DNA from: Myxococcota bacterium
GTDB lineage: Bacteria > Myxococcota_A > UBA796 > GCA-2862545
DNA: 64,000 bases
Assembly (NCBI GenBank): GCA_039208735.1
Contig: JBCCQY010000016.1
Location: forward strand, 24,822 to 88,821
Reading direction: 5' to 3'
The translations under genes were made by a program, and so were the position numbers. A model generated the notes under the pieces. It was given only the letters and a program-made list of their open reading frames with translations. It was not told where the DNA came from and made no database searches. Below, piece by piece: positions 50,763 to 60,850 of this stretch. Every line of letters starts with the position of its first letter. Positions within the stretch are counted from its first letter, which is position 1.

Positions 50763-51631
50763 TCGCGTCCTTCCTGTTTGCCGGACTGGCGGCCGCCCAG
50801 ACGACGCCCCCCTCCAAGTCGGAGCAGTCGATTGAACTGCTCGAACGCGACGCCGAGGCAGATCCCCATCCGAGCCATGTCATTTTGCCCGATCCGCTGG
50901 AACGACCAGAAAACCAGCTCGAAGCCGAACGCCAGAAGGCCAAGGTGACATCGCCAGCGCCGGTCCGGGTACGGCCTTCCAACGAGCCCTCGGTTCCGCC
51001 GCGCATCGCCCGGAAGGCCCCGCGCCCCGTTCGGGGCACCGCGCCGGCCCACCTGCATGGCCGCTACTACGTGGCCGAAGTCACCGAAGGCGGCCTGACC
51101 GAGGACTACCGGAACAAAATGGAGCGGGCTGGGCGAGCCCTCGACGAAGACTGCATCGTGACCCGCACGCGCTTCGACTTCGGTGACCTACCGGCCAGTC
51201 CAGGCGTCCTCCACCGTCCGCGCACCGTGGCCATCACCCGCATTCAGCAGTGCCAAGTCGGGGGCCTCGGCAAATACGCCGAGGAACTCACCACGGTGCT
51301 CGATGTGGCCTACACCGAGGGCGACGATGTCGTGACCCTGACGCTCCCCGCGGCCAAGGTGATCTCGGACTACGTTCGTCTGCGCAGGCCGAGCGATGGC
51401 GACATGCCAACCCCGCCGCAGTGGCTCGCCCCCGCCACCACCGTCGATCAGGCGGCACAGCGGTGGCTTCTCGTGGCCGAACCCGCCGCACGTGGGGCGC
51501 TGCCTGTGCTCCACCTTACGAGCGAGAACCTGGTCTGGCACCTTGAGCCCGACCGCGGCGACTCCCCGTTCGACATCGCAGATCGCGCCGCGAACGGTGG
51601 CTACCGGCGAGGCACCGAGGGGGCGCCATAG
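50759..51631 (+). CDS. Hypothetical secreted protein
   Basis: Signal peptide ending AAA-Q; Pro-rich linker; beta-rich domain; ATGA overlap with the upstream gene. Confidence 0.7.
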   Translation: MIASFLFAGLAAAQTTPPSKSEQSIELLERDAEADPHPSHVILPDPLERPENQLEAERQKAKVTSPAPVRVRPSNEPSVPPRIARKAPRPVRGTAPAHLHGRYYVAEVTEGGLTEDYRNKMERAGRALDEDCIVTRTRFDFGDLPASPGVLHRPRTVAITRIQQCQVGGLGKYAEELTTVLDVAYTEGDDVVTLTLPAAKVISDYVRLRRPSDGDMPTPPQWLAPATTVDQAAQRWLLVAEPAARGALPVLHLTSENLVWHLEPDRGDSPFDIADRAANGGYRRGTEGAP

Positions 51632-52221
51632 CCGATCAACCCTCGCCAATCTACCGTTTTTCCATTGCACTTTCGCCCGATGAAGCTCGACAAGCCTTGG
51701 GGGTGGGGTCGTGGGGGACTCGTCCGATCGGCTTTTCGATGCTCGGCATGCTCGTTGCCGGCGTGCTTTTGGCGAGTGCGGAACCCTGGCATCCGGATGC
51801 CTCTCGCGCCACCAATGCCGCGGTGCTCCTCTTTGCAGCCGCAGTGATGGCAGTGGGACTCGTTCCCTTGCTGCCGGGTCCCTGGCGAACCACCTTTCTT
51901 CGAAGGCGGGGGCCGGAGGCCGAAGTGCCTCACCAGGTCGTGCTCGGGCCGGCGTACCTCGCGATGGAACAGGACGGCATCGAGCGTCGATTTTCCTGGG
52001 CTAACGTCCAAAATCTTCGCATCACGGCGTCGTTCGTAACCCTCGACCTTCCCGAGCGGCGCCTTGTGCTCCCGCACCGGGTCTTCACCGACTCGCATGA
52101 ACGAGACACGGTGGTGAGTGCGATCCGGACGTGGAAACGAGACGGGCAACGCGCCGCCCGCCAACGGCGCCGTCGTCGAACCACGGATCCGTTCGCCCCT
52201 CCACGCCAATCCGAACGCTGA
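51628..52221 (+). CDS. YcxB-like membrane protein (probable ATA start)
   Basis: Two TM helices, then FSWANVQ...LVLPHRVF typical of the YcxB C-domain. The frame is open from ATA 51628; the first canonical start is TTG 51697. Confidence 0.65.
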   Translation: MADQPSPIYRFSIALSPDEARQALGVGSWGTRPIGFSMLGMLVAGVLLASAEPWHPDASRATNAAVLLFAAAVMAVGLVPLLPGPWRTTFLRRRGPEAEVPHQVVLGPAYLAMEQDGIERRFSWANVQNLRITASFVTLDLPERRLVLPHRVFTDSHERDTVVSAIRTWKRDGQRAARQRRRRRTTDPFAPPRQSER

Positions 52222-52235
52222 GTTAACCGGGGTCC

Positions 52236-54332
52236 GTGAACTCCTTGGACGCCATTGCGGGAACGGCGAATCGTCGTGGTGAACAGATCGTTCGTGTGAC
52301 CCGACGGCTGCGTCCCGACCGCGTCCCCCAGGTCGTCGAATGGCTCAATCAGCGGCTGGTTCGGGTGGAGCCGATTCCGCTTGCCCTTGAGCCTTCGTCG
52401 AGCGACTACGCGATCGTCCAGCTGTTCCGATGGCTGCAGGAGGTCGAACCCGACGTCCTAGAACGGTTGGGCACGTTGTGGTCCAAGCTCTCCGCCGATG
52501 GGTTCACGGCCTTGGTCGGTAGCCAGGTCGTGGACCAGGTCGAACACCTGGATCACCCCAATCTGGGGCACTTCGAGGGCCAGCGATTCGGGCGCTTCGT
52601 CGCGACACGCCACGCCAACGCATCGGGTCGGGTGAAGGTGGCGGTTCGGGTGAGCCCCCACCATTCGCAGGCGCAGGCGTGGCTCGAATCGCAGGTGGTG
52701 CGACTGCAGCGCCAGATCCCGCCCACGTTCGAAAACCTGCCGGGTGGCCCCCTTGAGCCCGATCTTCCCGACTGGCTCGTCGCTGCCGCCCGGCGCACGC
52801 CACCCCGACACTTCCCCGCGTTCATCGATGCCCGTCAGATCCCAGAATTGCGCCTGGTCGCCCGGCTCCGCCCGTTGTCGATCGGTGCCGTTTCAGGGCT
52901 CCTCAAAGAACTCGAGTTTCGGGGTCGCCGCGCCATCGAAGCGGCAGGCAGCGGCTCCCAATTCGGACCCATTCCAGAGGATTTTCTCGGGTTTCTGTCC
53001 CCATCGTCCGGCGCCGACGTCGCCGCCTATTTGCTCGAGCAGTGGGGTAGGCACGGTGGGTACGCTGCCCATCGCTGGTGCACCTATGCACTCTTGGTGT
53101 GGCCCTCGGCCGAGAACACCCGACGCCTAGGCCGAATCCTCGACGACTTCCGGTCCCGGCTGCACTCCGCTGGCGTGCGCTTCGGCGTTCGCCTTCTCAA
53201 GGCGCTGGGCGACGAAGCCGCCTTGGCCCTCCTTGCACGCTTCGTCCAACATGGGTCGTACGCCCAATCCCGTGACGCGAGCGCGGCCCTTGCCGAAGCC
53301 GCACGAACGCGGGGTCTCGATCGAGCAGACATCGAGGCCCTAGCGCCATTGGGCATGGACGACTTTGGGGTCAGTGACCAGGGCATCATCACCATTCCCT
53401 TCTCTTCCGAGGTCACGGCCGAGATCGACGTCACGGATCTGGCCCACCTCAAACCACGCTGGCGAAGGCACGACCAGGTGTTGCGGCGGGCCCCCCGTGG
53501 GGTCAAGGCCGCCCATCCCGAGGCCACGAAGCGGCTGAGCGGATTGCTTCGACGCCTCCATCGGGATGTGCGTCGCGAAACCGATCAAATCGAGGAGAGG
53601 CTCGTCGAGCTGGCCGGCCGGCCCTGGTCCACGTGGCAGGTGTACTTCCAGCACCGCCTCTTGCGACTGTACGTGCAGGGCCTGCTCTGGCAAATCCAGC
53701 GCGACGGGGGTTGGCAGATCGGCGTCGTCCGGGCGCCTGACTTAGGCATGCTCTGCACGCTGACGGGGCACCGGCTTCCGTTGCGCCCGACCGATGCGGT
53801 GCGGCTCCTCCACCCCGCCGACCTCACCGAGTCCGATATCGCGGTGTGGCGCGACCGCCTGATCGATCTGGGGTTGGTCCAAGCGTTTCCCCAACTCGAC
53901 CGACGCACCTTTCGGGGTGACCACCGACGGTGGCTCGATTTTTCCGGCGCATGGCACGATCATCTCGAACTGGGAATCTGCGGACGAGTCTTGCGCTTTC
54001 ACGACGGGGGCGGCGTTTCGTTGAAGCTCCCTGAACGCTTCGCCCTCCACGGGCGCTGGCGGCCGTCGCGGGCCCGCCATTGGGCCGTGCGAGCCCTGCA
54101 GGATGGAGGGCTCGCGCCCACGGAATCCGGACTTGCCATCGTGGAACCGCCACCGCCCGATCGGATGCCGGATCGCTTCGTCGATCCCTTCGCGGTATGG
54201 GTCGACCGACTGCACATCGTGCAGGACGGGAAGGCCGTGCCTGGAAACCGGGTGCCTCCCCGCCTGTTTTCCGAGATCAATCTGTCGATCCGTCATTGGA
54301 CCATCGACCCGGGGCCGGTTGCTCATCCATGA
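52236..54332 (+). CDS. DUF4132 domain-containing protein
   Basis: WQVYFQHRLLRLYVQGLLW, VRLLHPADL, WRDRLIDLGLVQAFPQLDR and VPPRLFSE. Confidence 0.75.
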   Translation: MNSLDAIAGTANRRGEQIVRVTRRLRPDRVPQVVEWLNQRLVRVEPIPLALEPSSSDYAIVQLFRWLQEVEPDVLERLGTLWSKLSADGFTALVGSQVVDQVEHLDHPNLGHFEGQRFGRFVATRHANASGRVKVAVRVSPHHSQAQAWLESQVVRLQRQIPPTFENLPGGPLEPDLPDWLVAAARRTPPRHFPAFIDARQIPELRLVARLRPLSIGAVSGLLKELEFRGRRAIEAAGSGSQFGPIPEDFLGFLSPSSGADVAAYLLEQWGRHGGYAAHRWCTYALLVWPSAENTRRLGRILDDFRSRLHSAGVRFGVRLLKALGDEAALALLARFVQHGSYAQSRDASAALAEAARTRGLDRADIEALAPLGMDDFGVSDQGIITIPFSSEVTAEIDVTDLAHLKPRWRRHDQVLRRAPRGVKAAHPEATKRLSGLLRRLHRDVRRETDQIEERLVELAGRPWSTWQVYFQHRLLRLYVQGLLWQIQRDGGWQIGVVRAPDLGMLCTLTGHRLPLRPTDAVRLLHPADLTESDIAVWRDRLIDLGLVQAFPQLDRRTFRGDHRRWLDFSGAWHDHLELGICGRVLRFHDGGGVSLKLPERFALHGRWRPSRARHWAVRALQDGGLAPTESGLAIVEPPPPDRMPDRFVDPFAVWVDRLHIVQDGKAVPGNRVPPRLFSEINLSIRHWTIDPGPVAHP

Positions 54333-54814
54333 CCTTCTTCCTTCGCCAGCTGCTTGCGATCCTGCGGGGGCGCTTGACGCCCTCCAACCTCATCCATCGG
54401 CGAAGCCGCCGGGTGGGATTGTTCGAACTCGACGTCAATTGGCACGTCAATCAGCGCATCTATGCGGGCATCGCGGAACTCTGCCGGCTTGAGTGGCTGT
54501 TCAACAGTGGCCTGTGGAACCGCTGGCGCAGCCAAGGACTCAATCCCCTGGTCGCCGAGCAAACGTTGATCTACCGTCGCGAACTCGGACCATTCGCACG
54601 CTACGAAGTCGATACTCGGCCCGTTGCCGTCGACCGACGGTTCCTGCACGTCCAACACCACTTCCTCATGGGCGACCGCGTGCATACCCGCGTGGACGTT
54701 AAACTTCTCTTTGTGGGCCCCAACGGGGTGCTTTCGCCAGACGATGTCACGGAATTGGTCACGCCGATCTTACAGCGGCCGCTCAACGTCGAAAACTGGC
54801 AGCTCGTCTCGTAG
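54329..54814 (+). CDS. Hotdog-fold acyl-CoA thioesterase family protein
   Basis: ELDVNWHVNQRIY and YRRELGPF; ATGA overlap with the upstream gene. Confidence 0.8.
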   Translation: MTFFLRQLLAILRGRLTPSNLIHRRSRRVGLFELDVNWHVNQRIYAGIAELCRLEWLFNSGLWNRWRSQGLNPLVAEQTLIYRRELGPFARYEVDTRPVAVDRRFLHVQHHFLMGDRVHTRVDVKLLFVGPNGVLSPDDVTELVTPILQRPLNVENWQLVS

Positions 54815-54882
54815 CCGCCAACGATTGACCTCCCCGTTCGGATTTCCTGGATGGGACCCCTCCCACGAGGTACTGCGCACCG

Positions 54883-57207
54883 ATGTCCGACATCGACGCG
54901 CTGCTCGAAGAACGGTTCGGATTCCGCTCCTTCCGACCCGGTCAACGTGAGGTCGTAGCTCACGTCGTGGCCGGGGGCGATGCGCTCGTGGTCATGCCCA
55001 CGGGAGCAGGCAAATCGCTCTGCTATCAGGTGCCTGCACTAGCCCGCGGGGGGCTGTGCATCGTGGTCAGCCCGCTCATCGCCCTGATGAAGGACCAAGT
55101 CGACGGACTCGTCGAACGCGACATTCGAGCCACTTTCCTCAACAGCTCGCTCGATCGCGACGAGTATGAAGCTCGGCGTGACCGCGTCGGTCGGGGCGAG
55201 GTCGAACTGCTGTACGTCGCACCCGAACGCTTCACCCCGGCGTTCGTGCATTGGTGTCAGCGCCTCAACATCCAGACCTTTGCGGTCGACGAAGCCCACT
55301 GTCTAAGCCAGTGGGGCCACGATTTTCGGCCCGAATACCTCAAGCTCGGCAAGGTGCGAGAAGCGCTCGGACATCCCACCACCATGGCGCTCACCGCCAC
55401 GGCCACGCCCGAAGTGCAAGACGACATCGTCAAGACCTTGGGCATCGGGGCCGGTCAGCGGTTCATTCAAGGGTTCGACCGGAAGAACCTTGTGCTCGAG
55501 GTCATCAAGACCGACAAGAAGGCGGCCAAGAACCCCCTCCTCGTCGATCTCGTCCAGCCTGGGCCTTCGCTCGTCTACTGCGCCACGCGCAAACACGTCG
55601 AGCGCGCTTGCCAAACGCTGCGCGACGCCGGCGTGCGCACGGGCATGTACCACGCGGGGATGGACGCCTACGACCGCACCCGCATCCAAGATGCGTTCAT
55701 GGCGGGCCAAGTGCCCGTCGTCGTCGCCACCAACGCGTTCGGCATGGGCATCGACAAGCGCGACATCCGCACCATCGTGCACTTCGACATGCCAGGCACG
55801 GTCGAGGCCTACTACCAAGAGATCGGACGCGCGGGTCGTGATGGTCGCCAGAGCCGAGCCGTACTCCTGCATGCCGGGGGCATCGACCGGCGCATCCATG
55901 AGTTCTTCATCGACAACGCCCACCCGCCCGCAAGGTGGGTCCATGCGTTGTGGCAGGGCTTGGTAGCCACGGGGAGCAATCCCGTGTTTGGCACGCTCGA
56001 GCATTGGACGCGCCATCTCCCCGCCGAAGCCGGCGATCGAGCTGTTGCATCCTGTTTGCACATCCTGGTTCGTGAGGGGCGAGTTCGTCGCATCGCCCCC
56101 GCAGAGCGTGCCGCCTTCGTCCGAATCCTTCGCGACGCCCCCACCGACGTTCGGGGGCACCGCAAAGACGTCTGGGACCACATCCAGGCCCAACGCAACT
56201 TGCTCGGACCCTCTCCTATTCTCCAGTTTCAGCCTGACGTGTGGTGCCGCGAACTCGACTTGTCCCGCGACCAGCTTCACGCCGCCCTGCGTGGCCTCGA
56301 AGACCGAGGACTCCTCGCTTTTCAGGCTGCCGATCGCATGGGAGGGGTCGAACTGATCGACCTCGACAGCCCCTTGCACCTCGACGAACGGCGCATGGAG
56401 CAGCGTCGCAATCGCGAATACGCCAAGCTTGACCGCATGATGGGCTACGTCGAAGCCTCCTGCCGGCGCCGCTACGTCGTCGAGTACTTTGGCGAGAAGG
56501 CTCCCTTTGAGTCGTGTGGCACCTGCGATGCGTGCCGGCAGGGTGTACGTCCGGGCGACCAGCCGATGCCGCCCACACCCGATCAAGAGCAAATCCTGCT
56601 CAAGGTCTTGAGCTGTGTCGCACGCATGGAGCGGCTGCACGGCACGCGGGCGTTCGGCATCAGCCTCGTTGCCAAGACGCTCGTTGGAAAACGCGAAGAG
56701 AAGATCGTGACCTGGCGCTTTCATGAGCTGTCGACGTTTGGAATCCTCAAGGGTTGGACGGTCGCCGAGGTCTCCGATGTCGTAAAGGCCCTGATTGATG
56801 CGGGCGCCCTGACCGAGTCGTACGTGACTCGCGAGATCAACCGCAAGCGGGTCACCTACAAAGAAGTCGAGACGAACGAGCTTGGCTGGCAGGTCATGCG
56901 CCGCGAAGCCGATGCGTTTGCGATTCGGTTCCCTCACCCCGAGAAGCTTGACCGAGCACTCGCCGCGAGCAAGAACGCCCCGAGTGCCGACTTGGTGGCG
57001 ATGCTTCGCGATCTTAGGCGCCAGCTCGCAGACGACAAGAACGTGCCGGCCTACGTCGTAGCCCCGAACGAAACCATCGAAGACATGGCTCGCCTCCAGC
57101 CCCGCACCCGGTCCGCCATGCTCGCCGTCCACGGCATGGGTCCCAAGCGCTTCGACAAGTTCGGACGCGCATTTCTCGAGGCGCTTCGAGCCTGGTCGCC
57201 ATCCTGA
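54883..57207 (+). CDS. recQ: ATP-dependent DNA helicase RecQ
   Basis: [41 protein letters not shown], Zn-site CRR...[10 protein letters not shown] and HRDC domains. Confidence 0.95.
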   Translation: MSDIDALLEERFGFRSFRPGQREVVAHVVAGGDALVVMPTGAGKSLCYQVPALARGGLCIVVSPLIALMKDQVDGLVERDIRATFLNSSLDRDEYEARRDRVGRGEVELLYVAPERFTPAFVHWCQRLNIQTFAVDEAHCLSQWGHDFRPEYLKLGKVREALGHPTTMALTATATPEVQDDIVKTLGIGAGQRFIQGFDRKNLVLEVIKTDKKAAKNPLLVDLVQPGPSLVYCATRKHVERACQTLRDAGVRTGMYHAGMDAYDRTRIQDAFMAGQVPVVVATNAFGMGIDKRDIRTIVHFDMPGTVEAYYQEIGRAGRDGRQSRAVLLHAGGIDRRIHEFFIDNAHPPARWVHALWQGLVATGSNPVFGTLEHWTRHLPAEAGDRAVASCLHILVREGRVRRIAPAERAAFVRILRDAPTDVRGHRKDVWDHIQAQRNLLGPSPILQFQPDVWCRELDLSRDQLHAALRGLEDRGLLAFQAADRMGGVELIDLDSPLHLDERRMEQRRNREYAKLDRMMGYVEASCRRRYVVEYFGEKAPFESCGTCDACRQGVRPGDQPMPPTPDQEQILLKVLSCVARMERLHGTRAFGISLVAKTLVGKREEKIVTWRFHELSTFGILKGWTVAEVSDVVKALIDAGALTESYVTREINRKRVTYKEVETNELGWQVMRREADAFAIRFPHPEKLDRALAASKNAPSADLVAMLRDLRRQLADDKNVPAYVVAPNETIEDMARLQPRTRSAMLAVHGMGPKRFDKFGRAFLEALRAWSPS

Positions 57208-57246
57208 TGGTTGTCGACACCCCAGTTTCCATGGCATGACCGAGGC

Positions 57247-58254
57247 ATGATCTGGTGGATCCCGACTGCGGTAGCGAACCCGGGCGTGTTGTCGGCCGAG
57301 CCCGAATTCGACCCCGCTCCAGCCCCCGAGACGATCCTCGGGGGAGAGGTGGTGACTCCCGGAGAGCGGCCGGCCATCGGCGCATTGTTCGTCCGAGACT
57401 TATTTGGTTGTACGAGCGTTCTCATCGCCCCCGACCTGGTGCTCTCGGCCGGTCATTGCGACACCGCAGGCAGCATCGAACGCTCGGTGGTGCTCGGGGC
57501 GACCGATCTGACCATGCTCGAGGACGCAGAGCGGATCGCGATTGCCGAGTCCTGGCGCTACCCCGACTACCTCGAGACATTCGACATCGCGTTGTTTGCG
57601 CTCGACGCTCCGGCGGTCACCGAGCCCGCGCGAGTGCTGTGGCCGTGTGAGGTCGATGAATTGCTGTTCGACGGCATCGAGGCGCAGATCGCGGGCTACG
57701 GCGCCACGGATCGGTCCGGCGTACAGACCACGACGCTCCTGCATGACGCGACGGTGACCATCCAAGATGCCGACTGCAGCGATCTGAAACGAGGCTGTCG
57801 CGCCGCGGTCTCGCCCGGTGGAGAGCTTCGCGCAGGAACCGCACCCGATGCGCCGCTCGCCGATACCTGCATTGGCGACAGCGGTGGACCGCTCACCATC
57901 GACAGCCCCGACGGTCCTCTCGTCGCCGGCATCACCAGCCGCTCGGCCCTTCCCGCGCCCACTCCGTGCGGCGAGGGCGGGCTCTACGTACGCACCGATG
58001 CGCTCATCGACTGGATTGAAGCGACGAGCGGGCGAGCCCTGCCTCGACCCGACTGCGCACCCCCGGGGCCCGTCAATGAGCCGGAACCCGAGCCCAAACC
58101 GAAGCCTGGGCCGTTGCCCGAAGACACCGGCCGGCCGCTTGCCATGCCGGGGTCAAGTTCACAAACCTGCCGCCATGCAGGCTCCGGAGCCATCGGGGCC
58201 TGGCTCGGCCTGCTCGGAATCAGCGCGGTACGCCGACGTCGACGCTTGTACTAA
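57247..58254 (+). CDS. Trypsin-like (S1) serine protease with MYXO-CTERM-like sorting signal
   Basis: ILGG, SAGHC, DIAL, DTCIGDSGGP; Pro-rich linker; C-terminal Cys, TM helix and RRRRR tail. Confidence 0.9.
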   Translation: MIWWIPTAVANPGVLSAEPEFDPAPAPETILGGEVVTPGERPAIGALFVRDLFGCTSVLIAPDLVLSAGHCDTAGSIERSVVLGATDLTMLEDAERIAIAESWRYPDYLETFDIALFALDAPAVTEPARVLWPCEVDELLFDGIEAQIAGYGATDRSGVQTTTLLHDATVTIQDADCSDLKRGCRAAVSPGGELRAGTAPDAPLADTCIGDSGGPLTIDSPDGPLVAGITSRSALPAPTPCGEGGLYVRTDALIDWIEATSGRALPRPDCAPPGPVNEPEPEPKPKPGPLPEDTGRPLAMPGSSSQTCRHAGSGAIGAWLGLLGISAVRRRRRLY

Positions 58255-59866
58255 TGTCGGGAAGTTCGCCGTCCGCGGTGAGCGTCACCCAAGGCACGAC
58301 CAACGGCTCTCGCCACGAGGCGCACCCTGCAGGGCACTCGTTTGGCCAGCAACCTCGCATGTGAGCCTTGCACTGGCCCACATCGACGGTCAACCGGTGC
58401 TCCCCTGGCCAGACATCGTTGAACGTCAGGGTGTGGTGGTCGGTGACCTCGCCCGCCTCGCCGCCGAGCCACCCTCGAAGACGATACCGCGCCTTCGTCT
58501 TCCGGGGTCGAAAGACCGAACGGCCGACTTCGGTCACGAGCGACGGCACATCGACGAGGACCCGTCGCGGCATCACCCCAAGTTCCACGACCACCGTGGT
58601 TTCTTCGGGTCCCACGACTTCGACCCCTCGGGCACACCACAAAGGGCACGTCGCCGCTTCGTCCCAGCAGGGCTCGCAGTCATTGCCTGCGACCCAAGTA
58701 AGTTCGGTGGCGATCCGTTCAATGTTTTCGAGGAGAAGCGTGCCCGAGGCATCGGCGGCCACCACGGCCCGACCCGGGCTCGCGACCGCGAACGGCAGCT
58801 CCTCATGAAAGTCCTCAACCCGAACCTCGATCGTACGAGGCGTGGGGGAAACCGGAGGCGGTTCCATGAACATGGGCGGCGAGCCGTCGACCACGAGTCG
58901 CGGTGGGGGCCTCGATGCGAGGAACGGCACGGTCGCAGAGACCGCCGCCATTGCGGTAGCTGCGCCAATCGTGGCAAAGGTCACGACCACCGCAGGCCGC
59001 CACCATATCGGCCCGTGCCTCGCCATGACTCGAGCCGGAAGACCTTTTCGCAGCCAAGTTCGTGCTTCGCTCGCTGACTTCGGTCGAACGTTGGGGTCCG
59101 GATCGGTCAACGCGGCGATCAACGTGCGCACCCGTTCGGGGAATTCTTCGCCCACATCGAGGGCCGGCGCGTGTTGCTTGACCATCATGACCTGCATGAG
59201 CTGCTGCTTGATGGTGCCTTCACCAGACAACGGAAACGCATAGGCCCCGCGCAACAACTCGTAGAACACCACCCCGATCGCGTAAAGGTCCCACTGGACG
59301 GGGTCGAGACCATCGGGCTGGCCCCACTCGGGCGGCGCGTACGACACGGTGCCGAAGGTGAAGCCTTCGGTGGTCAGCCGCCCATACTCTGGCTGCACCG
59401 CCAGTCCGAAGTCGACGACCTTCAGCTCGCCCTCAGGGGTGACGAGCAGGTTCGCGGGCTTCAAATCCCGGTGACAGACCCCCCGCGCGTGCATGTAGAC
59501 CAGTGCATCGAGGGCCTGCATGATGAGTTCGATCGCCTGGTCGGTCGGCATCGGGGCCGTTCGAATGTGATCCTCGAGCGAATCGCCTTCGACGAATTCC
59601 ATCTCAAGGAAGGGCAGCTCGGCCTCCATCGAGACGCTGCGCACCTTTACGATGTTGGGATGCTCCAACGAAAACAGGATCTCGGCCTCGCGTAGAAATC
59701 GCGCCGAAGAATCCTCGTGCACCGATTGACGTTCGAGGACCTTGATCGCCGCAAGAATACGGTCGCTCGCCACATTGTGGCAGCGATACACCGAGCCCAT
59801 GCCGCCCGAGCCGAGCTGAGCGTCGACCACCCATTCACCAATTCGATCGCCTACGACGGCCGCCAC
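58220..59866 (-). CDS. Membrane Ser/Thr kinase with a Cys-rich extracytoplasmic domain
   Basis: GSGGMGSVY, AIK, HRDLKPAN, DFG, GTVSYAPPE and a TM helix. Start moved to GTG 59866 because the longer ORF overlaps the ABC gene. Confidence 0.9.
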   Translation of the reverse strand: MAAVVGDRIGEWVVDAQLGSGGMGSVYRCHNVASDRILAAIKVLERQSVHEDSSARFLREAEILFSLEHPNIVKVRSVSMEAELPFLEMEFVEGDSLEDHIRTAPMPTDQAIELIMQALDALVYMHARGVCHRDLKPANLLVTPEGELKVVDFGLAVQPEYGRLTTEGFTFGTVSYAPPEWGQPDGLDPVQWDLYAIGVVFYELLRGAYAFPLSGEGTIKQQLMQVMMVKQHAPALDVGEEFPERVRTLIAALTDPDPNVRPKSASEARTWLRKGLPARVMARHGPIWWRPAVVVTFATIGAATAMAAVSATVPFLASRPPPRLVVDGSPPMFMEPPPVSPTPRTIEVRVEDFHEELPFAVASPGRAVVAADASGTLLLENIERIATELTWVAGNDCEPCWDEAATCPLWCARGVEVVGPEETTVVVELGVMPRRVLVDVPSLVTEVGRSVFRPRKTKARYRLRGWLGGEAGEVTDHHTLTFNDVWPGEHRLTVDVGQCKAHMRGCWPNECPAGCASWREPLVVPWVTLTADGELPDISTSVDVGVPR

Positions 59867-59926
59867 CGTGCCCCCGAACTCCACCCTCCATAGCACGGCA
59901 ACGGCCCCACCGGTTAAGCCGCGACC

Positions 59927-60850
59927 GTGACAACACCTGCGCTTTCGGTACGAGGGCTCACTCGCCGCTTCGGACCCCGAGTTGCGGTCGATGACCTGCA
60001 TCTCACGGTCCACCCGGGCGATGTGTACGGTTTCCTTGGCCCCAACGGGGCGGGAAAAACCACGGCTATGCGCTGCATCCTCGATCTGATTCGTCGTGAT
60101 GCAGGTGAGATCGAGATCTTCGGACTCCGCGGGCGAGACGCTCGCGCCCAGGTCGGCGCGATGATCGAGGCGCCCGCCTTTCATGGCCATCTGTCGGGCA
60201 CCGCAAACCTGAAGCTCGCCGCCGACTACCTGGCGCTGCCGCCACCCTCGATCGAGGCCGAACTGGAGCGGGTGCTCACCACAGTGGGGCTCCGGGAACG
60301 CGCTGCGGATCGGGTCAGCGCCTACTCGCAAGGCATGCGGCAGCGGCTGGGCATCGCCCGGGCCATGCTGGGTCGGCCTCCATTGTTGTTGCTCGACGAA
60401 CCCACCAATGGGCTCGATCCTCAAGGCATGCGCGAAGTGCGCGACCTCGTCCGCCAGCTCGCTCTGCAAGAAGACGTCACAATTGTGCTGTCATCCCACT
60501 TGCTCGCCGAGATCCAGGCCGTGTGCAACCGCGTTGGCATCCTCTCGCTGGGTCGATTGCGGGCCGAAGGCGACGTCCAGGAACTCATCGAGCGGTCCAC
60601 CGAGGCGGTACGCACCCTCGAAATCGGGACCATCGATGCAGAGGCTCTGCTCGCCGCCGCAGAATCGATCGAAGGCCTCGACGCCGATGGCAAGGGTCCT
60701 GCGGGTCGATTGCGGTTCGCGATCGCGCGGCCCGTGCCCGAAGTCATCGACGCGTTGGTCAAGGCAGGCGTGCCGCTCACGGCCGTAGTGCCTCAAGAAC
60801 GCGACCTCGAGCAAGTGTTTCTCGAGGTCACGAAGGAGGCAGGCGCGTGA
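59927..60850 (+). CDS. ABC transporter ATP-binding protein (exporter type)
   Basis: GPNGAGKTT, YSQGMRQR, LLLDEP and SSH. Confidence 0.95.
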   Translation: MTTPALSVRGLTRRFGPRVAVDDLHLTVHPGDVYGFLGPNGAGKTTAMRCILDLIRRDAGEIEIFGLRGRDARAQVGAMIEAPAFHGHLSGTANLKLAADYLALPPPSIEAELERVLTTVGLRERAADRVSAYSQGMRQRLGIARAMLGRPPLLLLDEPTNGLDPQGMREVRDLVRQLALQEDVTIVLSSHLLAEIQAVCNRVGILSLGRLRAEGDVQELIERSTEAVRTLEIGTIDAEALLAAAESIEGLDADGKGPAGRLRFAIARPVPEVIDALVKAGVPLTAVVPQERDLEQVFLEVTKEAGA

